This document shows, in pieces, positions 1 through 24,378 of a DNA stretch of 64,000 nt (positions within the stretch are counted from its first letter, which is position 1; the number at the start of each line of letters is the position of its first letter). The notes under the pieces were generated by a model. That model worked only from the letters and a program-made list of their open reading frames with translations. It was not told where the DNA came from and searched no databases. The stretch lies in NCBI RefSeq assembly GCF_009914755.1, contig NC_060939.1. The stretch is one strand, 5' to 3'. This stretch comes from the human T2T-CHM13v2.0 reference genome, Homo sapiens. A program made the position numbers and the translations under genes.

Positions 1-3431
<3,431 letters not shown>

Positions 3432-4174
3432 AGAGTAGACAAAGGCCATCAGGCATTCATGAGCAGACAGGGAGACTGGGTGTCCTCCTAGCGGGCAAGC
3501 TGCCAGGCCTGAGTTTCCTCCCATGTCAGCTCCCTGCTCTTACATTAGAGCTGCCTATTTAAGCACAGTGAAAGTTGAAAAGGCTGGGCTTTCTTATGAA
3601 TATAATTCCCACATGACACACATTCATCTGCTTTCCCCATCCACCACATTCTCTGCCCTAAAGGTCCTGAATTTGCAACAGTGGATATCTGCTCACTGCC
3701 ACTGGGACCTACTCTAACAGGGACTTCCATCTGCAGTCAAGTTACCTACCCTCTGCATCATTTTCACAGATGAGAGTCCCTAAATGACTGGTCAAGGTCT
3801 TTGAGGGGTGGGCCAGGGACATCAGGAGTGTGAAGGCGTCATTACCCCCAAACAATGGCATGGAGCAGATTCCTCCTATGCATTCAGTAGCCTGTATAGG
3901 ATTAGTATATCAGAAGGCCCCATGCTATAGCCCTTTGATCACCAGTGTCAAAGGCATGAACATCTTTTGCTGAGACAAAGTAAGCCTCTCTGTAACTATA
4001 GTAATATTTTCTTTTTAGAGGAAGAATCCCAGCAAAGGGTGATGAAGGTTCCCTAAAGGTCCTCAGACCACTGCGGTCTGTCCTGAGGCTGTCCTTGGAA
4101 CTCTCTCTCCCCTCCCTGGCTCCCTCTCACAGAGTTGCCCCTAGACCACGGGCTCAGGGGCCTCCAGTCAAAGC

Positions 4175-4224
4175 TGCTGACTCTGACCATGCATGGTGCT
4201 GCTGAGGGTGGAAGAGCTATATTA
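4175..4224 (+). promoter_or_regulatory. Putative relic lens promoter: Maf-element-like site plus TATA-like box
   Basis: TGCTGACTC at 4175-4183 (T-MARE consensus TGCTGACTCAGCA), second half-site TGCTGAG 4200-4206, TATATTA 4218-4224, about 100 nt upstream of the AX1 ATG. Confidence 0.45.
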
Positions 4225-4321
4225 GGCTCCAGGCCATTCACAAGAGGATTAGGCGTGGACTGAGGGTGCAGTGGGAAAGAGGCAGCAGGGAAGGCCCAGC
4301 TCTACTCCCAGAGCATTCGCC

Positions 4322-4566
4322 ATGCCCTACCTGCTGTCAGGATTCTTCTGTGACTGTGTGATCCAAGAGAGGGACAGGAGAAATGGAGAGGGCACCATCG
4401 CACAGCCCCTCAAGTTTGAGGGGCAGGATTTTGTCGTTCTCAAAGATGTCTGGCCCAGAAGTGCCTCTTTGAAGATTGTGTGTTCCTAGCAGGTGTTCAG
4501 GCCCTGGCCTCCCATGAGCTGAGCCACAAAACCAAGATTTAGGCCATCACATGGAAAAGGCCAAAG
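4322..4566 (+). pseudogene. CAPN3: Degenerate alternative first exon of CAPN3 (lens Lp82/AX1 N-terminus)
   Basis: ATG 4322 reads MPYLLSGFFCDCVIQERDRRNGEGTIAQPLKFEGQDFVVLK. After a frameshift near 4442-4445 it continues RCLAQKCLFEDCVFLAGVQALASHELSHKTKI*AITWKRPK, a classical calpain domain-I sequence. TAG at 4540-4542; phase-0 donor AAG|GTAGGG at 4567 fits exon 2. Confidence 0.92.
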
Positions 4567-4830
4567 GTAGGGATGGAGGGGATGGGACTTCAGGAGCCAG
4601 CTCTTGGGGAACAAGAAGCCAAGTGATCCAGAGCCTGAGGCCATGGATCCCTCCTCTGGGCAATTGACTTATCAAGGGTCTCTTTATCCAAAATACCTTT
4701 CTGCTCCTTCCTGAAACTGGAGATGTTATTTTCTATTCCTGAGCTAGAGATTATTATAATACTTTATGGGTCCCTGAAATCGTAAATATTTTTAGGGAGC
4801 TAATGCATTGTAATCGAATATCATGTCTCT

Positions 4831-5023
4831 TTTTTTTTTTTTTTTTTTTTTTTGAGAGAGAGACTTGCTCTGTCACCCAGGCTGGAGTGCAGTGGCTTGA
4901 TTATAGCTCACTGCAGCCTCAACCCCCCAGGCCCAAACAGTGATCCCACTTCACACCTCAGCCTTCCAAGTAGCTGGGACCCCAGGCATGTGCCACCACA
5001 TTTTTATTTGTTTAAATAAAAAT

Positions 5024-5070
<47 letters not shown>

Positions 5071-5187
5071 TAGAGATGGGGCCTCACTATGTTGCCCAGG
5101 CTGGTCTCAAACCCCTCGGCTCAAGCAATCCTCTTGCCTAGGCCTCCCAAAGTGCTGGGACTACAGGCAAGATCCATTTCACCTGGT
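4831..5187 (-). mobile_element. AluJ-type element with central (TTTA)n expansion
   Basis: Poly-T, right arm, (TTTA)n at ~5024-5070, left arm. Confidence 0.9.
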
Positions 5188-8041
5188 CTCATGTGTCTTT
5201 TTCAGAGCAGGTGTTTTGGGGTGGGAGAGTAGAGTGGTTAGAAGTACTAAGGCTCACAGTTTCCGGGAGAGTTCTGTGGAAGGTGGTGAACAGTAAAGAA
5301 ATGGAAGGATGGAGACCTGCCTTCTTAATCTTTCACCTAAGGCTTGTTCATTCATGTGCTGTCGCTTCTGTTTAAACAGAAAGGTCCGTGCTGAGCAGCC
5401 AGACTCCTTACGGGATGAAGCAGTTTGTGTCAGGCTACCTTATGGCGCAACCGAGAAGCCCCTTGTGTCAACTTGAGTGGGTGAAAGTGCTTGGGAGTGT
5501 GTAGCACAAGGCCCTTCTTCCTGCTTGGAGAGGCTCAGAGCTCCAAAAAGGGTTCACTGCATTTAGAGCAGGCAAGAAACTCTCTAGACCAGTAGGCTCT
5601 GAGGAGGGCATATACAGCCCAGTAGATCTGCAAGATGATCCATTGGAGTGGATGAAAAAACTATTAGAAGTATTTATATCTATTTTTTAAATAAACTGTA
5701 AATTTCAGAATGGTTTTAGATTTACAGGAAAAAATTGTGAAGATGGTACAGAGTTCTCATATACCTTGCAGCCATTTCTTCCTATTACCAACATCTTGCA
5801 TTAGTACAGTACATTTGCTACAATTAAATTAGCCAGTGTTAATATATTATTATTAGCTGAAGTCCATACTTTTCCTTAGTTTTTTGTCTGATGTCCTTTT
5901 TCTGTTCCAAGATCCCACCCAAGATATGACATTACATTTAGTAGTAACGTCTCCTTAGCCTTCTCTTGGCTGTGACAGTATCTCTGCCTTCTCTGGTGTT
6001 TTATGACCTTCACAGTTTTTTAAAGAGTACTCGTCAGGTATTCTGTAACATAATGACCCTCAATTGGCATTTGTCTGCGGTTTTTCTCCTTATGGGCTTA
6101 AGGGTTTGGGGGAGGAAGACCACAGGGTAAAGTGCCGTTTTTGTCACATTATATATCAAGGATGCGGGCAATAAACATGCCTTCTCATTGTGGTGTTGAC
6201 CTTGGTCATGTGGCTGAAGTAGTGCTTGTCAGGTTTCTTTACTGTGAAGTTACTTCTTCCCCTCTTTTCATACTATACTCTGGAAGCAAGACACTAAGCA
6301 TAAGCCCATACTTAAGCAAGGGGGAATTGTGCTCTGCCCTCTTGAGGGCAGAGAATCTGCATCAATTATTGGGAATCATTCTGCATGGGAGCTTTGTCTA
6401 TTCTCCCCATTTGTTTATTTATTCAGTCACTTGTTTATATCAATATGGACTCATGGATCTTGATTTTTATTTTAAGTCGTAATCCAATACTGCTTTATTT
6501 TGTTGCTTAGGTTGTCCCAGCTTTCTTCACTGGGAGCTCTCAGTTGGCTCCTGTGTCTATTTAACATACCCTAATTGTTTGTGGGTTTTTTTTTTTTTCC
6601 TTGAGCACTTTCTTACTTTCTGGCACTACCAGCTCATAATGTGTATCTCCTGCCCCAATCCTAGAATCAGTCATTTCTCCAAGGAGCACTGGTTTCTTTT
6701 ATTGAAAAAGGTATTAGATATCAAGATCTGGTTGCTAAGTCTGCTCATTGCTACCGGAGTGTGATTGCTTCTGTTCCTCTCAGCTTGTAGAGAAAGGAGA
6801 TATGTGTGTGTACTAAGCCAGCTGTATACACATATCTATAATATTTCTATGTATAACCATCTCACATATCTGTAAATATTTCTATATAAAGCCATTTGTA
6901 TCTATACTAAGCTAAACATGAGTTCACACTGACATAACTAAATATTTCTTGGCTTAGTGTGTTAATATAAAAGGAATATTTTTAAATTTCGAATTCCAGT
7001 TGTTCATTGCTGGTATATAGAAAACTAATTGGTGTTTATATACTAACTTGGAATCTTGCAACTGAGCTATACTCACTTATTAGTTCCCAGTGGATTTTTT
7101 TGGGTCATTTGTTTGGAATTTTCTACATAGACAATTGTGTCATCTGTAAATAAAGATAGTTTTTTTTTTGTTTCCAATATTTATATCTTTCATTTCTTTT
7201 TCTTATCTTGTTGCATTAGCTAGGACTTCCAGTAGGACACTGAATAGGAGTGGTACAGGAGGACATCTTGCTTTGTTCCTAGTCTTAAGGGGAAAGCATC
7301 TAGTTTCTCACCCTTAAGTATGAAGTTAGCTGTTATTATTTTTGAAAGTGGATGATCGTTACCAAGTTGAGGACATTCTCCTCTCTTCCTAGTTAGCTGA
7401 GAGGTTTTTTTAAATCATGAATGGGTGTCAGATTTTGTCAAGGGCATTTTCTCCATCAATTAATATGGTTATATAATTGCTTTTCTTAGCCTGTTGATGT
7501 GGTAAATTACATTAATTGATTTTTGAATGTTGAACAAACCTTGTACCTCAAATAAATCCCACTTGGTCATGGTGTCTGTTTATACATTGTTGTATTTGAG
7601 TTGCTCATATTTTGTTGAGGATTTTGCTTCTATGTTCATAACAGATATTGGTCTGTAGTTTTCCTTTATTAGAGTATCTTTTACTGGCTTGCATATTAGG
7701 ATAATGCTGGCCTGATAGAATGAGTTAGGAAGTGTTCCCTCTGCTTCTATTTTATGGAAGATATTGTGGAAAATTCATATTATTTCTTCCTTGAATATTT
7801 GGTAGAATTCATTAGTGAAACCATCTGGTTCTGGTGCCTTCTTTTTTGGAGGGTTATTAATTATTGACTCAATATTCTTGATAGGTATAGTGCTATTCAG
7901 ATTATCTAATCCTCGAATGAATTTTGGTAGCTTTTGTCATTCAAGAAATTTGTCAGTTTCACCTGTTATCAAATTTGTGAGCATGGAGCTGTCCATATAT
8001 TCCCTTATTATCCCTTTAATGTCCAAAAGTTCAGTAGTGAT

Positions 8042-8523
8042 TGCAGGAGTCTGTCCTGCAGACCCCAGCTCGTGCGACGGATGAATAACATACCAAGACA
8101 CCAATATTTAGTGAAAGAGCAGCTAGGGGTCCAAGCCGCTCACAGATACTAAGGAAGGTGCTGTGAAGAGTCAGCAGCCACGGCCCTGACTAGCTAGCCC
8201 TGTGGGCATTTATTTAGCACAGTTTTAATGACAAAGGCTTTGAGTCAACACACCTGTGGGTAATTAATCTGGTTGCCCCCACCCCGGGGGGAGCTATCCT
8301 GCCGTGAGTGATCAAAAGTTAGTTTTAGGACCACATGAGTAAACAAGCTCTTTAGATAAACTCCTCTACATTCCTATGTATCTGTGCCCTAAGCTATTAA
8401 GTGGATTCGGCTGCCTTCAGCCAAACACTTTATGCAAACCTCTAGGCCTTCCAAGAGGGTTTGTGTTTATATCCTATAAATTCATCTTAAAATTTTTGCC
8501 ACCAGCCTGACTGAACTCCCAAA
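8042..8523 (-). mobile_element. Solo ERV LTR, LTR22-like (HERV-K HML-5)
   Basis: Minus strand starts ...GGGAGTTCAGTCAGGCTGGTGGCAAAAAT, carries AATAAA (8209-8214) and ends TGCA. Flanked by agtgat at 8036-8041 and 8524-8529. Interrupts an L1. Confidence 0.78.
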
Positions 8524-9067
8524 AGTGATAACCTCTCCTTCATTTTTAATATTAGTAATTTGTGTTTTCATTTTTCTTGTTTAGCATGGCTAAAGGTTTA
8601 TCAATTCTATTGATCTTTCCAAAGAACCATTTTTGTTTTCATTGACTTTCTATTGTTTTCTTGTTTTTTATTTCATTCATTTCTGCTCTGATTTTTTATT
8701 GTTTCTTTTCTTCTGCTTGCTTTAGGCTTAAGTATCTCTTCTATAGTGTACTAAGATGGAATATTGCTTATTGATTTTTCTTTTCTTTCTTTTCTAACTT
8801 ATGCATTTAATGCTATAACTTTCCCTTTAAACACTGCTTTTGTTGCATCCCACAAATTTTGATGTTATATTTTTATTTTCACTTAGTTAAAAACATTTTG
8901 TAAGTTCTTTTGAAATTTCTTCTTTGACCCTTGTGTTATTTAGAACTGTGTTGTTTGGTTTCCAAATAATTTGGGATTTTTCAACTATCTTTTTGTTATT
9001 GATTTCGAGTATCATTCCACTGTGGTCTGTGAAGACACTGTAGGCTTTCTATTCTTTTAAATTGGTT

Positions 9068-14632
<5,565 letters not shown>

Positions 14633-15545
14633 TGATTACAAGGTGTGATCCCCTTCCAGGAGGTAAAGGGACAATCTGTGCTTGCTTCCAGTAACTTTTT
14701 GGAAGATTTTTTATAACAGTTGCTTTATGGTCGTTTATCTACATGCTGGCGATTGCTTCATTTCCTCCTACATGCCTCTTTAGCACTCTGCCATGCATCA
14801 CAGGGGGTATCTGCATCCTGTGGCCTCCTCTCCAGTATCTCAAGGACACTTACATACCCCACTCAGCATGACAAAAGCCCTGCTTTTCACTGTATCGTCT
14901 TTCTTGGAAGACAGCTCTGTGACTGTGCACCAAGCATGCCCCTTGGGCATGGAGATTCTAGATACACACACAAAAGGCATCGCCAAGGAAAGCACTTGTA
15001 ACTGGAACCCTTGTTTAAATTGCCCCAGCATAGCTCCATCTTAAAAGAGTCTTTCCACAAAGATGGCATCCGCCATGTGGATGAGCATCCAATTTTCTCT
15101 TTGATTGGTTAGCTTGACTGCTCCATCTGATCTTCCTCTCTCTCGACCTCTTGTTCAGAAAGTATTGTCTTTGGTGTGGACTATAAGCAAGCTCTGTGAA
15201 GTAAAATTGGAGAGAACACCAACAGAAACAATTTAAATTTGAGGAAAAGGGGGCACCTAAGACCAAAGGAATTTGGCTTATTTCATTCCAGAAGGGGAGG
15301 CTGAGAATAAATCAGATGAATATCTGGGTTCCTGCACCTGAGGGAAGGCTTCCTGCAGAGCCCTGGGCATAATAATCTGGGACCTTCAAACCAATAACCT
15401 CTTTCCAAGGAAAGACTGGCTGCTTCCAAGGAGGGTAGGGGAGAGTGGCTGCAGGCAGCTCTCAGTCTCCCCTGCACACTCTCAGTTGCATTTCACTTAA
15501 CCCATCCTCCTTAGAAGGCAGCTCTGTGACCAGGTACACCCCCTA

Positions 15546-15559
15546 TTATATATATATAT

Positions 15560-15603
<44 letters not shown>
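15546..15603. repeat. Compound (TA)n(CA)n(GA)n microsatellite
   Basis: Read directly. Confidence 0.95.
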
Positions 15604-16054
15604 CAAAGTGTTACCTCCAACTACATACAGTACTCTGTCAGAAAAGAGGTTCAGAGAATAAGAAAACGTCCCGAGCTCATTCCGTTGCCAGCAATGTCTT
15701 ACTGCCCCCTATAGACGGGTTCCAGGGCAGCTGCCTACCTGGCCTTCCTTCCAATACAAATCATCTTGGTGGATGGTTCTCTGAGGCTCAGTCTTCGCTG
15801 AAGTCAGAAGAGGAATTGGACTCACATTGCAAAGGCACAGGGCAGGGCAGATTTCCTACAGGTGTTAGGAAGAACAACCCAGTTATGATCACCTACTGCT
15901 CTGTCTCCATTGAGGCCTAAAAAGGAAGTGAGTTTATACTGCAGTTGGAGGAACTGCCTGCAGCCTTGAGGAAAATGTCTAGTCACAAGGGAGTAAGTTA
16001 CCTGTTGATCATATTGTCAAGGAATTCCTGTCCAATTCTCCTTCCCTGGGTTGA

Positions 16055-16327
<273 letters not shown>

Positions 16328-17755
16328 TAATGAGAGTGTAGTTAAGAGGGCCAGCGGCAGGCCACCCACCGCTGGTCTCCTGGCCTTGACTTCCCAGAAG
16401 CTGGAGGAAACTTCCCACCCATCTACCCGCAGCGGCAACAGTCGGCATGGACCCCCTTAAGGCTTCAAGCCTGGGAGGAAGCAGTTGCTTATCTCTGGCT
16501 CCCTAATCCCTCCCCCACCACCTTCCACTATGTCCCAGAAAGACAGGAAGACATCCTGTTTACTGTGGGTCTATTTTTGTCTTTGCAGCTGTCTGGCTGC
16601 TTTTATTGCCTGCAGCCCTTCTCAAGTAGGTCCCTAAGATATTAGCACTGTGACACCACAGGACCCTTCAGGTTGTACAGGAACCCCTGTCCAGGGCTCC
16701 TGTATACTTCTTCCTCTCTAAGGCATGGCGGTACCAAGGCTATCACTCCTCTCTTCCAAGCCCTGGAAGAAGAGTCTGCTTAACCTGGGGATCAGGCTTC
16801 TTGTTTGCCCTAGAACTGAATCTGATGGTTCTAGAATCCATCCAGCTACTGGAAATTTTCTGGGTCCCAGTCACCTTGGCATAGAGCTGGTGCTAGAGCA
16901 GAACCAAACTGAATTCTACCTGTGAGGGTCTCGTAGCTTCCGGGATGCTGGGGAGTCAGCCTGTCTCCAGCTTCAAAGGCTCCCTCATGTCCCAGGATGA
17001 CCCACATTATCAGTTCTTGCTCCCCGGGTCTTGCACCTCAGCACGGAAGGCCTCAGAAAAGGTCTGTCTCCAGGCTCAGACTCCCCCTCCTGCCGCCTTG
17101 GGAACATGGCATATTTAAAGGGTCTCAGATCTAAAGGGCCTTACATACAAATATCAGATAGATTTCTGTTCTCATTTCAATGAGGGAGAAAGTGCCATTG
17201 AAAAGGAGACTAAACCACATTTGGCCCTTTTCAGTTCAAACTGATTCATTCAAAAAAGAGCGACATCCAAACTTGAAATGATTGAACAATGTTCCTGCTA
17301 CAGCTAGAATAGATTCTGGGTCACTTTGTTCCTCCGTTTCAATCCTTGTTCTTCAGTTTGGCATCAAGAAATACCTAAATCAGCACAGTGCCTTCACTGC
17401 ATAGTTCCCAATCCTGGCCACATTGAATCAGCTGGGGGCACCTGAGAGTGCTGACACCCAGGCCCTGCCCCAGACCTGCTGAGCAGGAGAATGAAAATCT
17501 TACATCCTAAGACACTCATGGAGCACCTACTCTACCCATTACTGGGCTGGACTCTGTGGAAGACATGAAGTATATGTAACTCACTTCCAGCTCTCAAAAA
17601 GCACCCAGTCCAGTTAGAGACAGATTTACACACCCCAAACACAAAATAGGATGAACAGGCACCCAGATGCAGAGTCCAGGAAATGATGCTGCTTTGGGAT
17701 TCAAGAACCCCCTGAGGAATGTGGAGGAAGGACACATTTCCTAACAGTAATTTGA

Positions 17756-17923
<168 letters not shown>

Positions 17924-18844
17924 TAAGCAACACTTTAGAATGTGAGGTGGGGCTAGAGGTGAGAAAGTGGGTTGCAAAATCCAGCCGAGACCTCACTCAC
18001 AGGAAGAGGCATGTGCCTCTATACGTGCATATGTGTGGGCATGCAAGTCCAACTGTGACCCAAAGTTAGAGATCAGTTCCAGGCAACAACAGCTCTAACT
18101 AAAAACATTAAATTTAAGAGTAGAAATGAAGATTTGCATAGAAGACCTTTAGCTTTAGCTTACCATAGCGAGTTCTTTCATTGCACCTCCATGGTGGCAT
18201 TGCAAGTCTTGGATCAGAGCATTGTATCTCTGGAGCTCAGATCCCAGGGTCTCGCTTGGCTCAACCTCATGTGCTTATAGCAGATTTATAAAGCCATGTT
18301 GTCTCTCAACTTAAAAGCTCCACCCCAGATGCTAATAATGGATTTTTTAAATTTTTTTGAAACAAGGTCTCACTCTGTAATGCAGGCTGGAGTGCAGTGG
18401 TGCAGTCACGGCTCACTGCAGCATTGACCTCCTGGGTTCAAGGTGCTCCTCCCACCTCAGCCTCCCAAGTAGCTGGGACTACATGCGGGCATCACCATGC
18501 CCAGTTAATTTTTGTATTTTTTTGTAGAGACGGGGTTTTGCCATGTTGCCCAGACTGGTCTCGAACTCTTGGGCTCATGCAATCCACCAGCCTTGGCCTC
18601 CCGAAGCGCTGGGATTGCCGGTGTGAGCCACCACACCGGCAGCTGCTAATGGCTTTAATGCAGCCCTTCCTCAACGTTCAGGATGTAGTGGAAAGAGCTC
18701 TCAGGAAGTGGGGATAGCTGGGTTTCAATCCCAGTGCTTCTGGCTCTCTGTGGTCTTGGGTGGGTCACTTAGCCTCTTGAGCTCAGTTTCTTCATTATGA
18801 AGAAAGGGAATCATTGTTTCCATCCCATGAGCTCATAGGGTTAA

Positions 18845-19270
<426 letters not shown>

Positions 19271-19466
19271 TGAGGACTGGGAATTTCTCAAGGGAGAACA
19301 GTTCTTCCGGATTTTCAATAAAGACACTGGTCAAGGACATTTCAAGCCCTGGAATGTCAGTGGAAATCAGTCCAGAGGCCTGTGTCAGTGGAGGCCTCCC
19401 TTGCTGGTGCTCCTCAGTCTCAGCACGCTCCCATTAAGCTGGCCACGTACTTGGCTGTGGACCTGA

Positions 19467-20423
<957 letters not shown>

Positions 20424-20759
20424 TGAAATATTTTTCCTCTTCTAATGTATTCATTTATTCATTCAACACTTATTTTTGAGCTCCTACTATGTTCCAGGCA
20501 CTCCTCTAGCAAACAAAGCAAATTCTCTCCTCTTTTTCAATATTTGTGGAAAAAGCAAGGTCTCCCTCTTGTAGAGTTTATATTCTAGTATTTTCATAAG
20601 TTATACCTGCTCACTGGAGAATACTGAGCCATACAGAAAAACACAGAGGAAAATTTCACTTATATTTTTCCCCATGTAAAGATAACCACTCTTAACATCT
20701 AGTATATGTTCTTCCAGGATTTTTCTATGCACACACTGAATCTGTATTTTTATTTTTAA

Positions 20760-21047
<288 letters not shown>

Positions 21048-21772
21048 TGAACTCCTGACCTCAAGTGATCCACCTGCCTCAGCCTCCCAAAGTGCTGGGA
21101 TTACAGGTGTAAGCCACCACACCCGGCCTAGTTTGATATTCTTAATGTGCCCAAAGTATTCTCCTGTAACATTTTTTAATAGCTACACAATATTCAAACA
21201 CACAGATATGTTATAATTTATTTACCCAATACCCTATTATTGGAAAGTTGAGTTCTTTTTTTTCTTTGTTTTGTTTTGTTTTGCTACTATTCTAAAATGC
21301 TATAACGAACATCCCAATAGATACATCTTTGTATACATCCATGGTGACTTCCATAGGACAGATTCCCAGCAGTAGAATTGCTGGGTTGAATGATATGCTT
21401 AGGTAATGACAGAAGAGTCATTTCAAGCAGCTTCCTAGGTCTAGAACTAAGGATTAATGAGTCTCCCGCCCCCTCCCAGTCTATTCAGCATGATCTGGAT
21501 CATGAGGACTGAGATCTGGAAGAGACTGAGATCTGGGAGAGGCTGAGATACCAAAAGCCCTGGCTCCACCCATACCCCTCGCCCTGAAAACAGCTCTAGG
21601 AATTCCGCGGCCTAGCAAGGCTCCGGGAAGCTCCTTTTAAAGCTGTTACGTTAGTAGGCACATGGAAGCCATAGAGAGCCTATCCAGGGCTCATGGGACT
21701 TTAGTGATCCTGCCCTTCTGCCAAGGATCCCCCATGGCTGCAACTTGGAAATTTCTGCAAATGGAAGAGCTA

Positions 21773-22251
<479 letters not shown>

Positions 22252-22674
22252 TTAACCCCTTTTCTCAACCTCTTTCTCTTCCAGGAATAGTCAACCCTGG
22301 ATGGCTTCAGGGGAAGGGGGATCCTGAAGCCCAGGGCAGCCTCCAACTCTACCCCTTCCTCCTTTGAAGGATACTAAGGGGTCCAGAAAGGAGGGGCAGG
22401 ACACTGTTACCCACCCCACATCCCAGCATCCACATTGCTCTCTGATGGTCAGGACAGAGCCTTCTCAGGGAGACCAGCCTGTCTGGAGCTGTGTCTCTTG
22501 GCACTCTTAAAGGGCCACTGAAGGTCCGTTCGTGGTCGTGAGGCACACTTTCAGGGAGCAGAGTGGTCTGTGTCTTCACAGAGCCCGGAAAATGAACTAG
22601 TATGAACTTTGCCTCCAAGCAGCAGAACTTCTGTTCCCCCGCCCCTAATGGGTTCTCTGGTTACTGCTCTACAG

Positions 22675-22758
22675 ACAATCATTCCGGTTCAGTATGAGAC
22701 AAGAATGGCCTGCGGGCTGGTCAGAGGTCACGCCTACTCTGTCACGGGGCTGGATGAG
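22675..22758 (+). CDS. CAPN3: Calpain-3 exon 7 (84 nt), catalytic His334
   Basis: [28 protein letters not shown]; His CAC 22729-22731. Confidence 0.98.
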
Positions 22759-23098
22759 GTAAGCCTGGTGGGGCTTGGTGGGGCAAGGGCACCCTCCTGG
22801 GTTAACCTCATGAAGTCAGGACTTAGCTGTTGGGGCCCCTTCCCTGTCTGCAGAGCTTGCCTCCAATCAGGACATTCAGTTCAAGGTCCAAGCCACGCCT
22901 GGGAGCAGAGGGGCCTGTGAAACTGGTAGAGGTGGATCCTGCCACAGTTGGTGCACAGTTTATCTTTGCTTTTCGTGCTAAAGATGGCAATTTTTCCAAC
23001 ATTTCCAATGAACAAATTGAAATATCACTTAACTTTGCTTTTACAAAGTTGGTTTCATGTGTTCTTGAGCTTCCTGTTCTCTCGTGTTCAGATAGCTA

Positions 23099-23413
23099 CA
23101 GTTGTCTCTGGGTAGCCACGGGGACTGGTTCCAGAAGCCCCAACAGTAACAAAATCTGCAGATGCTCAAGTCCCTTCTGTAAAATGGAGTAGTATTTGCA
23201 TATAACCTATGCACATCCTCCCATATACTTTAAGTCATCTCTGGATTACTTACGATACCTAACACAATGGAAATGCTATGTAAATAGTTATTGCACTGCA
23301 TTGGGTTTTTTTGGTATTATTTTCTGTTGTTGTATTATTATTTTTTCTTTTTTTGAATATTTTTGATCCACAATTGGTTATATGCCAAAGCCATGGATAC
23401 GAGAGGCTGACTG
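23099..23413. mobile_element. MER2 (TcMar-Tigger) DNA transposon remnant
   Basis: CAGT...ACTG termini; core gatgctcaagtccctt.t.taaaatgg.gtagtatttgcatataaccta.gcacatcctccc. Confidence 0.85.
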
Positions 23414-23686
23414 TTCTGTTTTGCTCCTTCTGGGACTTCTGGGTTTTCCTGGACCATGTCTGAGACAGGAACGTTGTAAGACCTGTTGCACACAGTTGGG
23501 CAGGTTGTGCCCTGTACAGAGGGATGGGCTGAGAGGGGCAGTTGCCTGCATCACCCATTGCAGCAGACTGGAGGGAGTCTGCTTGTTTGTAGTTCCTCAG
23601 TCAGCAGGGGCCTTTTGTCTTTCTTTCTTTCTTTTTTTTTTTTTTTTGAGACGGAGTCTCACTCTGTTGCCCAGGCTGGAGTGTAG

Positions 23687-23857
<171 letters not shown>

Positions 23858-24060
23858 TGACCTCGTGATCCGCCCACCTCGGCCTCTCAAAGTGCTGGGA
23901 TTACAGGCGTGAGCCACCACGCCTGGCCAGCAGGGGCCTTTTTTCTAATTTATATGAAGACACCTAATTTATATGTGTTAGCAGGGCCCTACTGTTTATG
24001 CCTCACCTCCTCCCCCGAAGCTCATAACGGCAGGATGTTCCTGAGAAAATTGCCTCTTAG

Positions 24061-24378
<318 letters not shown>

